Shown here piece after piece: positions 28,526-37,566 of a stretch of DNA of 64,000 bases. The position numbers and the translations under genes were made by a program. Location: NCBI GenBank assembly GCA_963720755.1, contig CAVRGP010000013.1:160001-224000 (forward strand). The letters are read 5' to 3'. The notes beneath the pieces were generated by a model that worked only from the letters and a program-made list of their open reading frames with translations, was not told the DNA's origin and made no database searches. Source of the stretch: an uncultured Chloroflexia bacterium. Its GTDB lineage: Bacteria > Chloroflexota > Limnocylindria > Limnocylindrales > CSP1-4. Positions within the stretch are counted from its first letter, which is position 1, and each line of letters begins with the position of its first letter.

Positions 28526-30067
28526 ATGACACAGACCACAGCACCAGGCAGCCGCGACGTGACCGGGCTCGAGGCCGGCAGGGTCAGCCACTGGATCGAG
28601 GGACGGACCGTCGCCGGGACGTCCGGACGCGAAGGCCCGGTGTACGACCCCGCGACCGGTCAGGTGACCCGGCAGGTCGACTTCGCGTCCGTGGAGGAAG
28701 TGGGGCTCGCCGTGGCGGCGGCCAAGGCAGCTTTTCCCGTCTGGCGCTCGACCTCGCTGTCCAAGCGGACCGACATCATGTTCAAGATCAGGAACCTGGT
28801 CGAGGCGAACCGCAAGGAGATCGCGGCGCTGCTGACCGCCGAGCATGGGAAGGTCCCGTCGGATGCGCTCGGCGAGATCGCCCGGGGCATCGAGAACCTC
28901 GAGTTCGCCTGCGGGATCGCCAGCCTGCTCAAGGGCGGGTACTCGGAGCAGGTCTCCGGCGGGGTCGATGTCTACCAGATCCGACAGCCGCTCGGGGTCG
29001 TTGCCGGGATCACTCCGTTCAACTTCCCGGCCATGGTCCCCATGTGGATGTTCGCGACGGCGATCGCGGCCGGCAACACGTTCATCCTCAAGCCGTCCGA
29101 GAAGGATCCGTCGGCGGCCAACCTCCTGGCCGGGCTGCTGGCCGAGGCCGGCGTCCCGGATGGGGTCTTCAACGTCGTGCACGGCGACAAGATCGCCGTC
29201 GATGCCATCCTCGCGCATCCGGACGTCGCCGCAGTGTCATTCGTCGGTTCCACGCCGATCGCCCGCTACATCTACGAGACCGGGACGAAGGCCGGCAAAC
29301 GCGTCCAGGCGCTCGGTGGGGCCAAGAACCACATGATCGTCCTGCCCGACGCCGACGTCGAGATGGCCGCGGACGCGGCGGTCTCGGCCGGCTACGGCTC
29401 GGCCGGCGAGCGGTGCATGGCGATCGCGACGATCGTGGCGGTCGGTGCGATCGCGGACCCTCTCGTCGAGGCGATCAAAGTCCGCCTGCCCAGGATCAAT
29501 GTCGGACCGGGCACGGATGCCACGGCCGAGATGGGTCCGCTGGTCACCCGCCAGCATCGGGACAAGGTTGCCTCGTACCTCGACAGCGGCCCGGCCCAGG
29601 GTGCCACGGTCGTCGCCGATGGCCGGGAGCACCCGCTCTACGACAGCTCCGACGGGTTCTTCCTGGGCGTTTCGCTGATCGATCACGTGACCCCGGCGAT
29701 GGATGCCTATCGCGACGAGATCTTCGGCCCGGTCCTGACGGTGATGCGGGTCGACACCTACGACGAGGCCGTCAAGCTCATCAACGACAACCCCTACGGC
29801 AACGGCACGGCGATCTTCACCCGTGACGGCGGCGCGGCGCGCCAGTTCCAGTTCGACGTGAACGCCGGGATGGTCGGGATCAACGTGCCGATCCCGGTCC
29901 CCGTGTCCTACTACAGTTTCGGCGGTTGGAAGAGCTCGCTCTTCGGCGACTTGCACATGTACGGGCCGGAGGGCGTCCAGTTCTATACCCGGGCCAAGAT
30001 CGTGACGGCACGTTGGCCGGATCCCGGGACGAGCAAGATCGACCTCGGCTTCCCGCGGACGCGCTAG
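28526..30067 (+). CDS. mmsA: CoA-acylating methylmalonate/malonate-semialdehyde dehydrogenase
   Basis: GITPFNFPAMVPMW, LKPSEKDP, GGAKNH, GERCMA, EIFGPV, INVPIPVP. Confidence 0.95.
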   Translation: MTQTTAPGSRDVTGLEAGRVSHWIEGRTVAGTSGREGPVYDPATGQVTRQVDFASVEEVGLAVAAAKAAFPVWRSTSLSKRTDIMFKIRNLVEANRKEIAALLTAEHGKVPSDALGEIARGIENLEFACGIASLLKGGYSEQVSGGVDVYQIRQPLGVVAGITPFNFPAMVPMWMFATAIAAGNTFILKPSEKDPSAANLLAGLLAEAGVPDGVFNVVHGDKIAVDAILAHPDVAAVSFVGSTPIARYIYETGTKAGKRVQALGGAKNHMIVLPDADVEMAADAAVSAGYGSAGERCMAIATIVAVGAIADPLVEAIKVRLPRINVGPGTDATAEMGPLVTRQHRDKVASYLDSGPAQGATVVADGREHPLYDSSDGFFLGVSLIDHVTPAMDAYRDEIFGPVLTVMRVDTYDEAVKLINDNPYGNGTAIFTRDGGAARQFQFDVNAGMVGINVPIPVPVSYYSFGGWKSSLFGDLHMYGPEGVQFYTRAKIVTARWPDPGTSKIDLGFPRTR

Positions 30068-30087
30068 GGGCGATCACACCGGCCAGG

Positions 30088-31002
30088 TCAGGCGAGGATG
30101 TCGGCGAGCGCCGCGATCTCCGCCGGTCCCGTCCCGCAGCAACCGCCCAGCCAGGTCGCCCCGAGATCCGGCCACGAACCGACGACGTCGGGGTCAAACC
30201 GGCCGCCGTCATCGGCCACCCACCGCCGGCGCATTGGATCCCAGCGGTCACCGCCGTTCGGGTAGGCGATCAACGGCCGCACGGTCGCCGTGCGAGCGCT
30301 TGCCAGGAGGCCGGGCAGGTGGCGCGGCGCGGTGCAGTTAACGCCGACCGCGACGATCCGCGGGTGCGCCCCGAGCGCCACGGCCTGCTCGATCGGATCG
30401 CCGGCCGACGTCGTCGCCGCGTCCCGGCACGAATAGCTGAGCCAGGCCGGGCAGTCGAACTCGTCGAGCAGTCCCACGAGTACCTCCGCTTCGCGGATGG
30501 TCGGGATCGTCTCGAAGGCGAAGAGGTCGACGCCCGCCTCGACCAGCGCTTCCATCCTGGGACGATGGAACGCGGCCAGCGCCGCCGTCGAGACGTCGTA
30601 GTCGCCGCGGTATTCGGACCCATCGGCCAGCATGGCGCCATACGGCCCGACCGAGCCGGCGATCAAGATCGGATCCGGCCGGCCGGTCTCGTCCCGGAAG
30701 CGCACCCGAGCCCGATCCGCAAGCTCGACGCTCAGTTTGATCAACTCAAGGGCCTGCCGTCGGTCCAGACCGGCGCCCTCGAACCCCTCGACGGTCGCCT
30801 GGTAGCTGGCCGTGGTGGCCACGATCGCTCCGGCCCGAAAATACGCCAGGTGGACGTCCTCGATCGCATCCGGATCCGTCTGGAGCAGGCGGGCCGACCA
30901 GAGGTGGTCCGACAGATCGTGGCCGCGAGCCATCAACTCCGTCGCCAGCCCGCCGTCGAGGACGACGACGTCGTCCGGGGCGGGCCATGCTGACGGGTTC
31001 AC
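30088..31002 (-). CDS. mmuM: Homocysteine S-methyltransferase
   Basis: LDGGLATEL, GSVGPYGAMLADGSEY, FETIP, GVNC, GGCCG Zn ligands. Confidence 0.92.
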   Translation of the reverse strand: MNPSAWPAPDDVVVLDGGLATELMARGHDLSDHLWSARLLQTDPDAIEDVHLAYFRAGAIVATTASYQATVEGFEGAGLDRRQALELIKLSVELADRARVRFRDETGRPDPILIAGSVGPYGAMLADGSEYRGDYDVSTAALAAFHRPRMEALVEAGVDLFAFETIPTIREAEVLVGLLDEFDCPAWLSYSCRDAATTSAGDPIEQAVALGAHPRIVAVGVNCTAPRHLPGLLASARTATVRPLIAYPNGGDRWDPMRRRWVADDGGRFDPDVVGSWPDLGATWLGGCCGTGPAEIAALADILA

Positions 31003-31003
31003 A

Positions 31004-32398
31004 TCAGTGCGTTCGGACGTAGTCGGCGGGGGAGCGCCTGATGAATCGGCCGTGGCCCCGCCGGCCGGTGAACTCGCCACCGCGCACGATCACGTCGCCG
31101 CGCGACAGGACGAGATCGCTGGCACCCTGCACGGTCCGACCCTCGTAGCACGAGTAGTCCACGTCCATGTGGTGGCTCGCGGCCGAGATCACGCGCGTGC
31201 GGTTCGGGTCGTAGACGACGAGATCGGCGTCCGAGCCGACCGCGATGGTCCCCTTTTGCGGGTACATCCCGAACAGCTTGGCCGGTGCCGTCGAGATGAT
31301 CTCGACCCACCGTTCCCTCGTGATCCGGCCACCAACGACGCCACCATCGTGGAGCAGGTCCACCCGGTCCTCGACGCCCGGCAGCCCGTTCGGGACCTTG
31401 CGGAAATCGCCTCGACCGAGGTCCTTCTGGCCGTGGAAGTCGAACGGACAGTGGTCTGTGGCGACGAGCTGAAGATCGTCCCGGACCAGGCCCGTCCAGA
31501 GCTCGTCCCAGTGATCCTTCGTTCGCAGAGGAGGGGAGCACACGTACTTGGCGCCCTCGAACCCGTTGCCCAGGTCGTCGAGCGACAGGAACAGGTATTG
31601 CGGACAGGTTTCGGCGAACACCTTCGAGCCACGGTCGCGGGCGTCTCGCACCGCATCGAGCGCCTCGCGCGCGGACAGGTGGACGACGTAAACGGGCGCC
31701 CCCGCCGCCTCGGCCAACCGGATCACCCGGTTCGTCGCTTCCCCTTCGAAGACGGCCAGCCGGGCCAGCCCATGGCCGATCGGATCGGTCGTGCCGCCCG
31801 CCACGGTCTGCTCGGCCACGACGTCGATCGCCATCCCGTTCTCGGCATGCATCATGATCAGCCCGCCGTTCCGGGCGGTCTGCTGCATGGCCCGGAAGAT
31901 CGCCCCGTCATCGCTGTAGAAGACACCTGGATAGGCCGTGAACAGCTTGAAGTCCGGCACCCCTTCGGCCACGAGGCCGTCCATCTCCGCCAGCGTGTCG
32001 TCGTTGACGTCGCTCATGATCATGTGGAAGCCATAGTCGACGACGGCATTGCCCTCGGCCTTGGCATGCCAGGCGTCGAGACCGTCGCGCAGCGATCCGC
32101 CCCGAGACTGGACGGCGAAATCGACGATGGTCGTCGTCCCCCCGAAGGCCGCCGCCCGGGTGCCCGTCTCGAAGGTGTCCTTGGCGAACGTCCCGCCGAA
32201 GGGCAGCTCCATGTGGGTGTGGACATCGATCCCGCCCGGGATGACGTACTTGCCGGTCGCGTCGATCGACTCGTCGGCCGTGATGGTGCTGGCCAGGTTC
32301 GCGCCGACCTGGACGATCGTCTCGCCATCGACGAGAACGTCGGCGACGGTCGATCCGTCCGCGGTGACGATCGTCCCGCCGGTGATCAGCGTGCGCAT
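31004..32398 (-). CDS. hydA: Dihydropyrimidinase (D-hydantoinase)
   Basis: PGGIDVHTH, AAFGGTTT, FKLFTAY, HAENG, ETCPQYL, SPPLR, TDHCPF. Confidence 0.95.
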   Translation of the reverse strand: MRTLITGGTIVTADGSTVADVLVDGETIVQVGANLASTITADESIDATGKYVIPGGIDVHTHMELPFGGTFAKDTFETGTRAAAFGGTTTIVDFAVQSRGGSLRDGLDAWHAKAEGNAVVDYGFHMIMSDVNDDTLAEMDGLVAEGVPDFKLFTAYPGVFYSDDGAIFRAMQQTARNGGLIMMHAENGMAIDVVAEQTVAGGTTDPIGHGLARLAVFEGEATNRVIRLAEAAGAPVYVVHLSAREALDAVRDARDRGSKVFAETCPQYLFLSLDDLGNGFEGAKYVCSPPLRTKDHWDELWTGLVRDDLQLVATDHCPFDFHGQKDLGRGDFRKVPNGLPGVEDRVDLLHDGGVVGGRITRERWVEIISTAPAKLFGMYPQKGTIAVGSDADLVVYDPNRTRVISAASHHMDVDYSCYEGRTVQGASDLVLSRGDVIVRGGEFTGRRGHGRFIRRSPADYVRTH

Positions 32399-32515
32399 CG
32401 GTCCCTCCTTGCCAGGTCGGCGTCTGTCAGTTCAGGACCAGCATCGTAGGCGATGCGAAGGGATCGGCGCAGCGGTCGGACCCACGGGGCCCGGTCGTGT
32501 GACGGGTGAGGTGGA

Positions 32516-32701
32516 TCAGCCCAGGCCGAGGGCCGGCGCCAGCGGAGCGAGCGTTCGCAGCCAGAGCGCTCCGACCATGCCACACGCGGCGATCGCCAAT
32601 CCGACCGCGAGCAGGCTTTCGGCCCGGACGCGGCGTCGGGTCCGCTTTGCCCCCAGGCCCTCCTCGCCCCACCAGGGATCACGGTTCCGTCGTCGGAGCA
32701 T
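32516..32701 (-). CDS. Small (61 aa) basic single-TM membrane protein
   Basis: GGAGG RBS 6 nt before the ATG; Arg-rich N-terminus followed by a hydrophobic helix. Confidence 0.6.
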   Translation of the reverse strand: MLRRRNRDPWWGEEGLGAKRTRRRVRAESLLAVGLAIAACGMVGALWLRTLAPLAPALGLG

Positions 32702-32828
32702 CGCCCACCTCCCAGACGGCCCGGCGCCGACCGTCGATCAACGGCCGGCCGCGACGGGCGGAGTCCCATGGTCGCAAATCCCGGGTACCGTTCGCCACCC
32801 TGACATCTGGGCCATCGGCCGCTCGCGA

Positions 32829-33821
32829 CTACCCGCGAAGACCCGGGATGATGTCCTTCCCGTACGCGTCGAGCTGGGCTTCCTCGTCCCCGCTCATCAG
32901 GTACAGGTTGAACTGGTCGACACCGGCGTCTGCCAGTTCACGCAGCTTGGCGACGTGTTCCTCGGTCGAGCCGAGGATGCAGAAGCGGTCCGCGACTTCG
33001 TCGGCGACGAAGCCTGCATTCGACGAGCCGACCTCGGCGTGATGCAGGTAGTCGTAGCCGGATCGGTCGGTGACATAGCCGGTCAGGCTCGCCGGGAGCT
33101 GCTCGCGCGGGTACTTGTTGACGAGATCGACGACGTGGTTGGAGACCAGGGCCGGGAACCACCGGGTCCGTTCACGGCCGTCGGCCCGCGGTCCGACGTA
33201 GGCGGCTGCGGCCGACTGGACCTTGATCGTCGCCGGGTCCCGACCGGCCGCGGCGGCGGCCTCGCGGACCTGTCCGACGAACCAGCGGATCAGGTCCGGG
33301 TCGGCGAGCTGGAGGATGATCCCGTCGGCCACCCGTCCGGCCATCTTGAGGGCCATCGGGCCGTACCCGGCGACCCACACCGGCAGCGTCCAGTCACCGG
33401 TCCAGGGCAGCGTCAGTCCGGTCCCCTCGTACTCGATCGTGCGGCCTTCGACGAGCGCCTTGATGACGACGATCGCCTCCTCGAGGGTGGCCATCGTGGT
33501 CGGCGGCTTGCCGAGCACCCGCCGAGCCGAGTCGCCTCGACCGATCCCGAGGTCCATCCGTCCACCCGAGATCTCGTCGAGGGTCGCAAGGGCCGATGCG
33601 GTGACCGATGGCTCGCGGGTCGCCGGGTTCGTGACGCAGGTCCCGAGGCGGAGCGTGGTCGTGGCCTCCGCCATCAGGGTCAGGAGGACGTACGGCTCAC
33701 GCCACAGGACGTGGGAGTCGAAGAGCCACGCGTAATCGAACCCTGCCGCCTCGGCCTGACGGGTCAGCGCCAGGGTTCGCTCGATCGAATGCTCAGGCTT
33801 GAGGGTGAAACCGAACTGCAT
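32829..33821 (-). CDS. LLM class F420-dependent oxidoreductase (TIGR03842/CPS_4043-like)
   Basis: FDSHVLWREP, GTCVTNPATR, GIGRGDSARR, AGYGP, YDYLHH, QFNLYLM. Confidence 0.88.
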   Translation of the reverse strand: MQFGFTLKPEHSIERTLALTRQAEAAGFDYAWLFDSHVLWREPYVLLTLMAEATTTLRLGTCVTNPATREPSVTASALATLDEISGGRMDLGIGRGDSARRVLGKPPTTMATLEEAIVVIKALVEGRTIEYEGTGLTLPWTGDWTLPVWVAGYGPMALKMAGRVADGIILQLADPDLIRWFVGQVREAAAAAGRDPATIKVQSAAAAYVGPRADGRERTRWFPALVSNHVVDLVNKYPREQLPASLTGYVTDRSGYDYLHHAEVGSSNAGFVADEVADRFCILGSTEEHVAKLRELADAGVDQFNLYLMSGDEEAQLDAYGKDIIPGLRG

Positions 33822-33831
33822 GACAACGATC

Positions 33832-34683
33832 CTACGGGCGGGTCAGATCGGCGTAGGCGTCGGGCCGACGGTCACGGAAGAATTGCCAGGTGTTGCGGAC
33901 CTCGGCGATCCGGTCCATGTCGAGGTCGCGGACGATCAGCTCCTCGTCATGGGCGCTTCCCACGTCACCGACGAATTGACCGCGCGGGTCGACGAAGTAG
34001 CTCTGGCCGTAGAAATCGTCGTCGCCGATCTCGGCCTCGATACCGACCCGATTGATCGTCCCGACGTAGTAGCCGTTGGCGATGGCGTGACTGACCTGCT
34101 CGATCCGCCACAGGTGCTCGGACAGACCGCGCGACGTGGCGCTCGGGATCAGGACGATCTCCGCCCCGTTCAGCCCGAGCGCGCGGGCGCCCTCCGGGAA
34201 ATGGCGGTCGTAGCAGATGTAGACCCCGATCTTGCCGACCGCCGTCTCGAATACCGGATAGCCGAGATTGCCCGGCCGGAAGTAGAACTTCTCCCAGAAG
34301 CCCTTGACATGGGGGATGTGCGTCTTCCGGTACTTGCCCAGGTACTTGCCGTCCGGATCGATGACTGCCGCGGTGTTGTAGTAGATGCCGGCGGCCCGCT
34401 CGTCCTCCTCGTACATCGGGGCCACGACGACCATCCCCGTCTGCTTGGCAAGATCCTGCATCCGCTTCGTGGTGGGGCCGTCCGGGATCAGTTCGGTATA
34501 GCTGTAGTACTGGGCGTCCTGCACCTGGCAGAAGTACGGCCCGTAGAACAACTCCTGGAACAGGATGAACTGGGCTCCCTGCTTCGCCGCCTCGTGGGCA
34601 TGGGCCTCGTGCTTCTGGATCATCGATTCCTTGTCGCCGGTCCAGGTGGCCTGGACGAGTGCACCGCGGATCAGTCGGGGCAT
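33832..34683 (-). CDS. Nitrilase-family carbon-nitrogen hydrolase (beta-ureidopropionase-like)
   Basis: FQELF (Glu), YRKTHIP (Lys), ICYDRHFPE (Cys), FWEKFYFRPG. Confidence 0.9.
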   Translation of the reverse strand: MPRLIRGALVQATWTGDKESMIQKHEAHAHEAAKQGAQFILFQELFYGPYFCQVQDAQYYSYTELIPDGPTTKRMQDLAKQTGMVVVAPMYEEDERAAGIYYNTAAVIDPDGKYLGKYRKTHIPHVKGFWEKFYFRPGNLGYPVFETAVGKIGVYICYDRHFPEGARALGLNGAEIVLIPSATSRGLSEHLWRIEQVSHAIANGYYVGTINRVGIEAEIGDDDFYGQSYFVDPRGQFVGDVGSAHDEELIVRDLDMDRIAEVRNTWQFFRDRRPDAYADLTRP

Positions 34684-34756
34684 GTCGCGAATCACCTCGC
34701 TTGGCTGGTCGGGTCGGTCCAAGTGGCCTGAGGGTACATCGACCCGAGCGGGCGGA

Positions 34757-35146
34757 TCAGTCGGGAATGACGTCCGGACGACGACGGCTGTACCACTCGG
34801 TGAACTCGCGGCAGCGACCGTCCCCGTCGAAACGGCAGACGAAGATATTGGCGAATTCGCGATCGACCGCGGCGCGATCGTCGGTCAGATAGCGGGTCCG
34901 GCCGTGGGCGACGCAGGTGTCGCCATCGATCGCGAGGACCTCGTAGTCGGCTTCCCACGAGCCGGGCACGTCCGGATCGGCGAGCCAAGCCGCGACGACC
35001 GAAGGGCGACCGACCACCGCCTCACTGAACGGGTCGAAGGCATAGCGGACCTCGGGACTGAACAGGTCCCCGATGCCGACCGGGTCGAGCAATCTCCAGG
35101 CGTCGATATACCGATCGAGCCAGGATTTGAACGCGGCGTGATCCAT
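34757..35146 (-). CDS. SnoaL/NTF2-like protein
   Basis: WLDRYIDAW...LFSPEVRY...FDGDGRCREFTEW; GAGGAGG RBS. Confidence 0.8.
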   Translation of the reverse strand: MDHAAFKSWLDRYIDAWRLLDPVGIGDLFSPEVRYAFDPFSEAVVGRPSVVAAWLADPDVPGSWEADYEVLAIDGDTCVAHGRTRYLTDDRAAVDREFANIFVCRFDGDGRCREFTEWYSRRRPDVIPD

Positions 35147-35211
35147 TCCGGCCTCCTCGATGCGGCGTACGCTCAAGGTAGCACCGGCGCCGTCGCCGGT
35201 CTTGTCGTCGC

Positions 35212-35850
35212 TCAGCGCGCCAGTCTGGTCGACATCCCGGTGTGGAGGAACGCCGTGAACCGGGCGGTCACCGCGTGGACCCGGTGGACCCGGACGCCGC
35301 TCGTGAGGGTGCTGATCGCCTTGCCGTTGCCGACATAGATGCCGACGTGGCTGCCGCCGCCCCAGATCACGAGATCGCCGATCCTCGGGTGATGCCGGCT
35401 GGCCCTGCCGTGCGACTTGAACCAGTGATACAGCGCGCTGGCCGAGCGAAGCCGCGCAGCGCGGATAGCGTGCCCGTCGTCGGCCCGTCGGTAGGCGAAG
35501 CGGACCAGCCCGGAGCAGTCGAATGCCCGCGGCCCATCGGCGCCATATCGCCAGGGGTCGCCCAGCTTGTTCCGGGCGATCCGGATGATCTGCTGGGCCT
35601 CGGTCATCGTCGTCGCGGGGGCGACCGGTGCCGGGTCGACCGGTGCCGGGTCGACCGGGGCCGGGTCGACGGGGGCTGGGTCGACCGGCGGCGGCGTGAC
35701 GGTCGAGCCGTCGTCGGTCGGGGCGATGATGGGGTCGACTGCGACCGGGGTCGAAGCGGCGACCGGCACAGATGCGATCGGGCTCAGAACGATGGCGATG
35801 GCGAGTGCGGCGGGGATGGACGCGCGAGCGCCCAGACGGAGGGTTCGCAA
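35212..35850 (-). CDS. Secreted NlpC/P60 peptidoglycan endopeptidase
   Basis: Signal peptide, Pro-rich linker, LGDPWRYGADGPRAFDCSGL, GDLVIW, SHVGIYVG; AAGGAG RBS, TTG start. Confidence 0.92.
   Translation of the reverse strand: MRTLRLGARASIPAALAIAIVLSPIASVPVAASTPVAVDPIIAPTDDGSTVTPPPVDPAPVDPAPVDPAPVDPAPVAPATTMTEAQQIIRIARNKLGDPWRYGADGPRAFDCSGLVRFAYRRADDGHAIRAARLRSASALYHWFKSHGRASRHHPRIGDLVIWGGGSHVGIYVGNGKAISTLTSGVRVHRVHAVTARFTAFLHTGMSTRLAR
35626..35685 (-). repeat. 4 x 15-bp tandem repeat encoding (VDPAP)4
   Basis: Units at 35626, 35641, 35656 and 35671 (plus-strand consensus CGGTGCCGGGTCGAC). Confidence 0.9.
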
Positions 35851-36130
35851 AACGATGCTCCTTCGTGCACACCGTCGCGTCGTGGCGCGACGGGCAGGAC
35901 CGCCCGTGGTGGCCGCACGGAAAGGACATGGCGAACCGGCAGTGGCCAGGTTCTGGGGAGGGCCGACAAACGGTGAGCGATGCCGGCGAGTGGCTCGGAG
36001 AGCCGTGCGAACGGGCGCGTGTTCGTGCTTTCCGGGTTCCCGTGTGATCTGGTGGGTCGATCAGCGTGGCGCAGTCTAGTCGTGTTCACGAGAACGCGCT
36101 GGCGGCGATGGGAGCGACTAGCATCCGCTC

Positions 36131-37072
36131 GTGACCAGCGCGACCGACGACCCCGCCGCACCTCTCGTCATCGTGAATCCACGGGCGGCGCGACTCCATG
36201 CCGCGAACCACCGTCGCGACGTGGTGGACGCGGTCGTGCGAGCGGTACGCGCAAGGACCGGGGAGACACCCCGGGTGGAGATGGGCAGCCTCGAGGCCGC
36301 CCAGACGGCCCTCGAGGCGAGCGACGGGGCGAGCCTGGTGGTCGCCGTCGGTGGCGATGGGACCATCCGGCAGACGGCCGGGGCCCTCGCCGGGTGCCCG
36401 GTCCCCTTGGCGATCGTCCCGTGTGGCACCGGGAACGTGATGGCGGGATCGCTGCGGATCCGTGGGATCGGCCCGGCCCTCGAGGTGATCCGGCATGGAG
36501 AACCGCGCACGATCGACCTTGGGATGGCGCGGTGGGGCTCGCCCGGCACGACCGAACCCGCGGGTGAGTCGATCTTCCTGGTCGCCTGCGGGATGGGCCT
36601 CGACGCGCGGATCATGGCCGCTGCCGAACACGAGTGGAAGCGCCGGATGCGGTTCGGGGCCTACGTCGGCGCAGCCCTCAAGACCCTGCCCAGCCTCCGA
36701 CCGGCCGACTTCACGATCGACGTCGACGGCGAGCGCCTCGAGATCCGCGGCTACCTCACGCTCGTCGCGAACGCCGGTGAGCTGGTTCCCGGGCGAGTCG
36801 GTCCGCGGCGCCGGATCGACCCGTCGGATGGCCGGCTCGATCTGATCGTGGTCGGTGGCGGCCACCCGGTCGCCGCCCTGCAGGCTGCCGCCCGGCTGAT
36901 GCGCGAGCCGGGAGATCTCGGTGGCGGGGTGATCCGCCGGGCGGTCGACCGCGTTCGGATCGCCTCGGATCCAGCGGAGCCGATCGAGATCGACGGCGAC
37001 CACGAGCCGCCGGGCTGGCTCGAGGCGGAGACAGTGCCGCACGCGCTCCGGGTGCTCGCGCCGCGACGGTGA
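36131..37072 (+). CDS. Diacylglycerol/lipid kinase family protein (YegS/DgkB/sphingosine kinase-like)
   Basis: IVNP, GGDGT, PCGTGN, GMGLDA, DGRLD, EIDGD. Confidence 0.92.
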   Translation: MTSATDDPAAPLVIVNPRAARLHAANHRRDVVDAVVRAVRARTGETPRVEMGSLEAAQTALEASDGASLVVAVGGDGTIRQTAGALAGCPVPLAIVPCGTGNVMAGSLRIRGIGPALEVIRHGEPRTIDLGMARWGSPGTTEPAGESIFLVACGMGLDARIMAAAEHEWKRRMRFGAYVGAALKTLPSLRPADFTIDVDGERLEIRGYLTLVANAGELVPGRVGPRRRIDPSDGRLDLIVVGGGHPVAALQAAARLMREPGDLGGGVIRRAVDRVRIASDPAEPIEIDGDHEPPGWLEAETVPHALRVLAPRR

Positions 37073-37131
37073 CGCATGCCTCGACGGGGAGCCTGCGTTC
37101 TCGTGCATCGGGCCTCTGGTAGCCTGTCGAG

Positions 37132-37566
37132 GTGGCTCAGGTCGGCTCTTCGAGGACGTCAACGGCTGGGATCGGGATCCTGGTGGTCGTCGTCGCGACG
37201 GGTATCCGCGTCGTCCTGACCGCGGTCGGCATCCTGGTCGGCGCCGGAGTCCTGGCGCAGGGTGACATCGCCACGATCTCGCCGATCCCGGTCTATCCGC
37301 TCGACACGGCTTCCGGCATGATCGCCATCGCCCTGCTCATCGGCCTGCTCGTGATGAGCGCGGCAAGCGTCTGGGGCCTTCTTCGCCGGGAGAGATGGGG
37401 CTGGACGCTGTCGATCGTCGCGGCCGGCCTGATGCTGGCGTTGAACCTGGGCTGGTGGGCGGTCGACGATCCGCATTACCTGTCGATGATCGTCAACTCG
37501 ATCGCGGTCTTCTACCTCAACCAGCGGGATCTGAGGGCAGTCTTCGGGGTGGGTCGTGGCGACTGA
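37132..37566 (+). CDS. Hypothetical 4-TM membrane protein
   Basis: Hydrophobic segments, WGLLRRERWGW, FYLNQRDLRAVF C-terminus; overlaps the next gene. Confidence 0.75.
   Translation: MAQVGSSRTSTAGIGILVVVVATGIRVVLTAVGILVGAGVLAQGDIATISPIPVYPLDTASGMIAIALLIGLLVMSAASVWGLLRRERWGWTLSIVAAGLMLALNLGWWAVDDPHYLSMIVNSIAVFYLNQRDLRAVFGVGRGD

Noticed and set aside
35626-35685. CRISPR-like array
   Set aside because: Tandem in-frame 15-mers without spacers inside a CDS; no cas genes.
35851-36078. c-di-AMP (ydaO) riboswitch upstream of NlpC/P60
   Set aside because: Consensus elements such as GCTGAATC, GGGGTGAAT and GTCAGCTAAC are not visible; kept only as an unknown leader.
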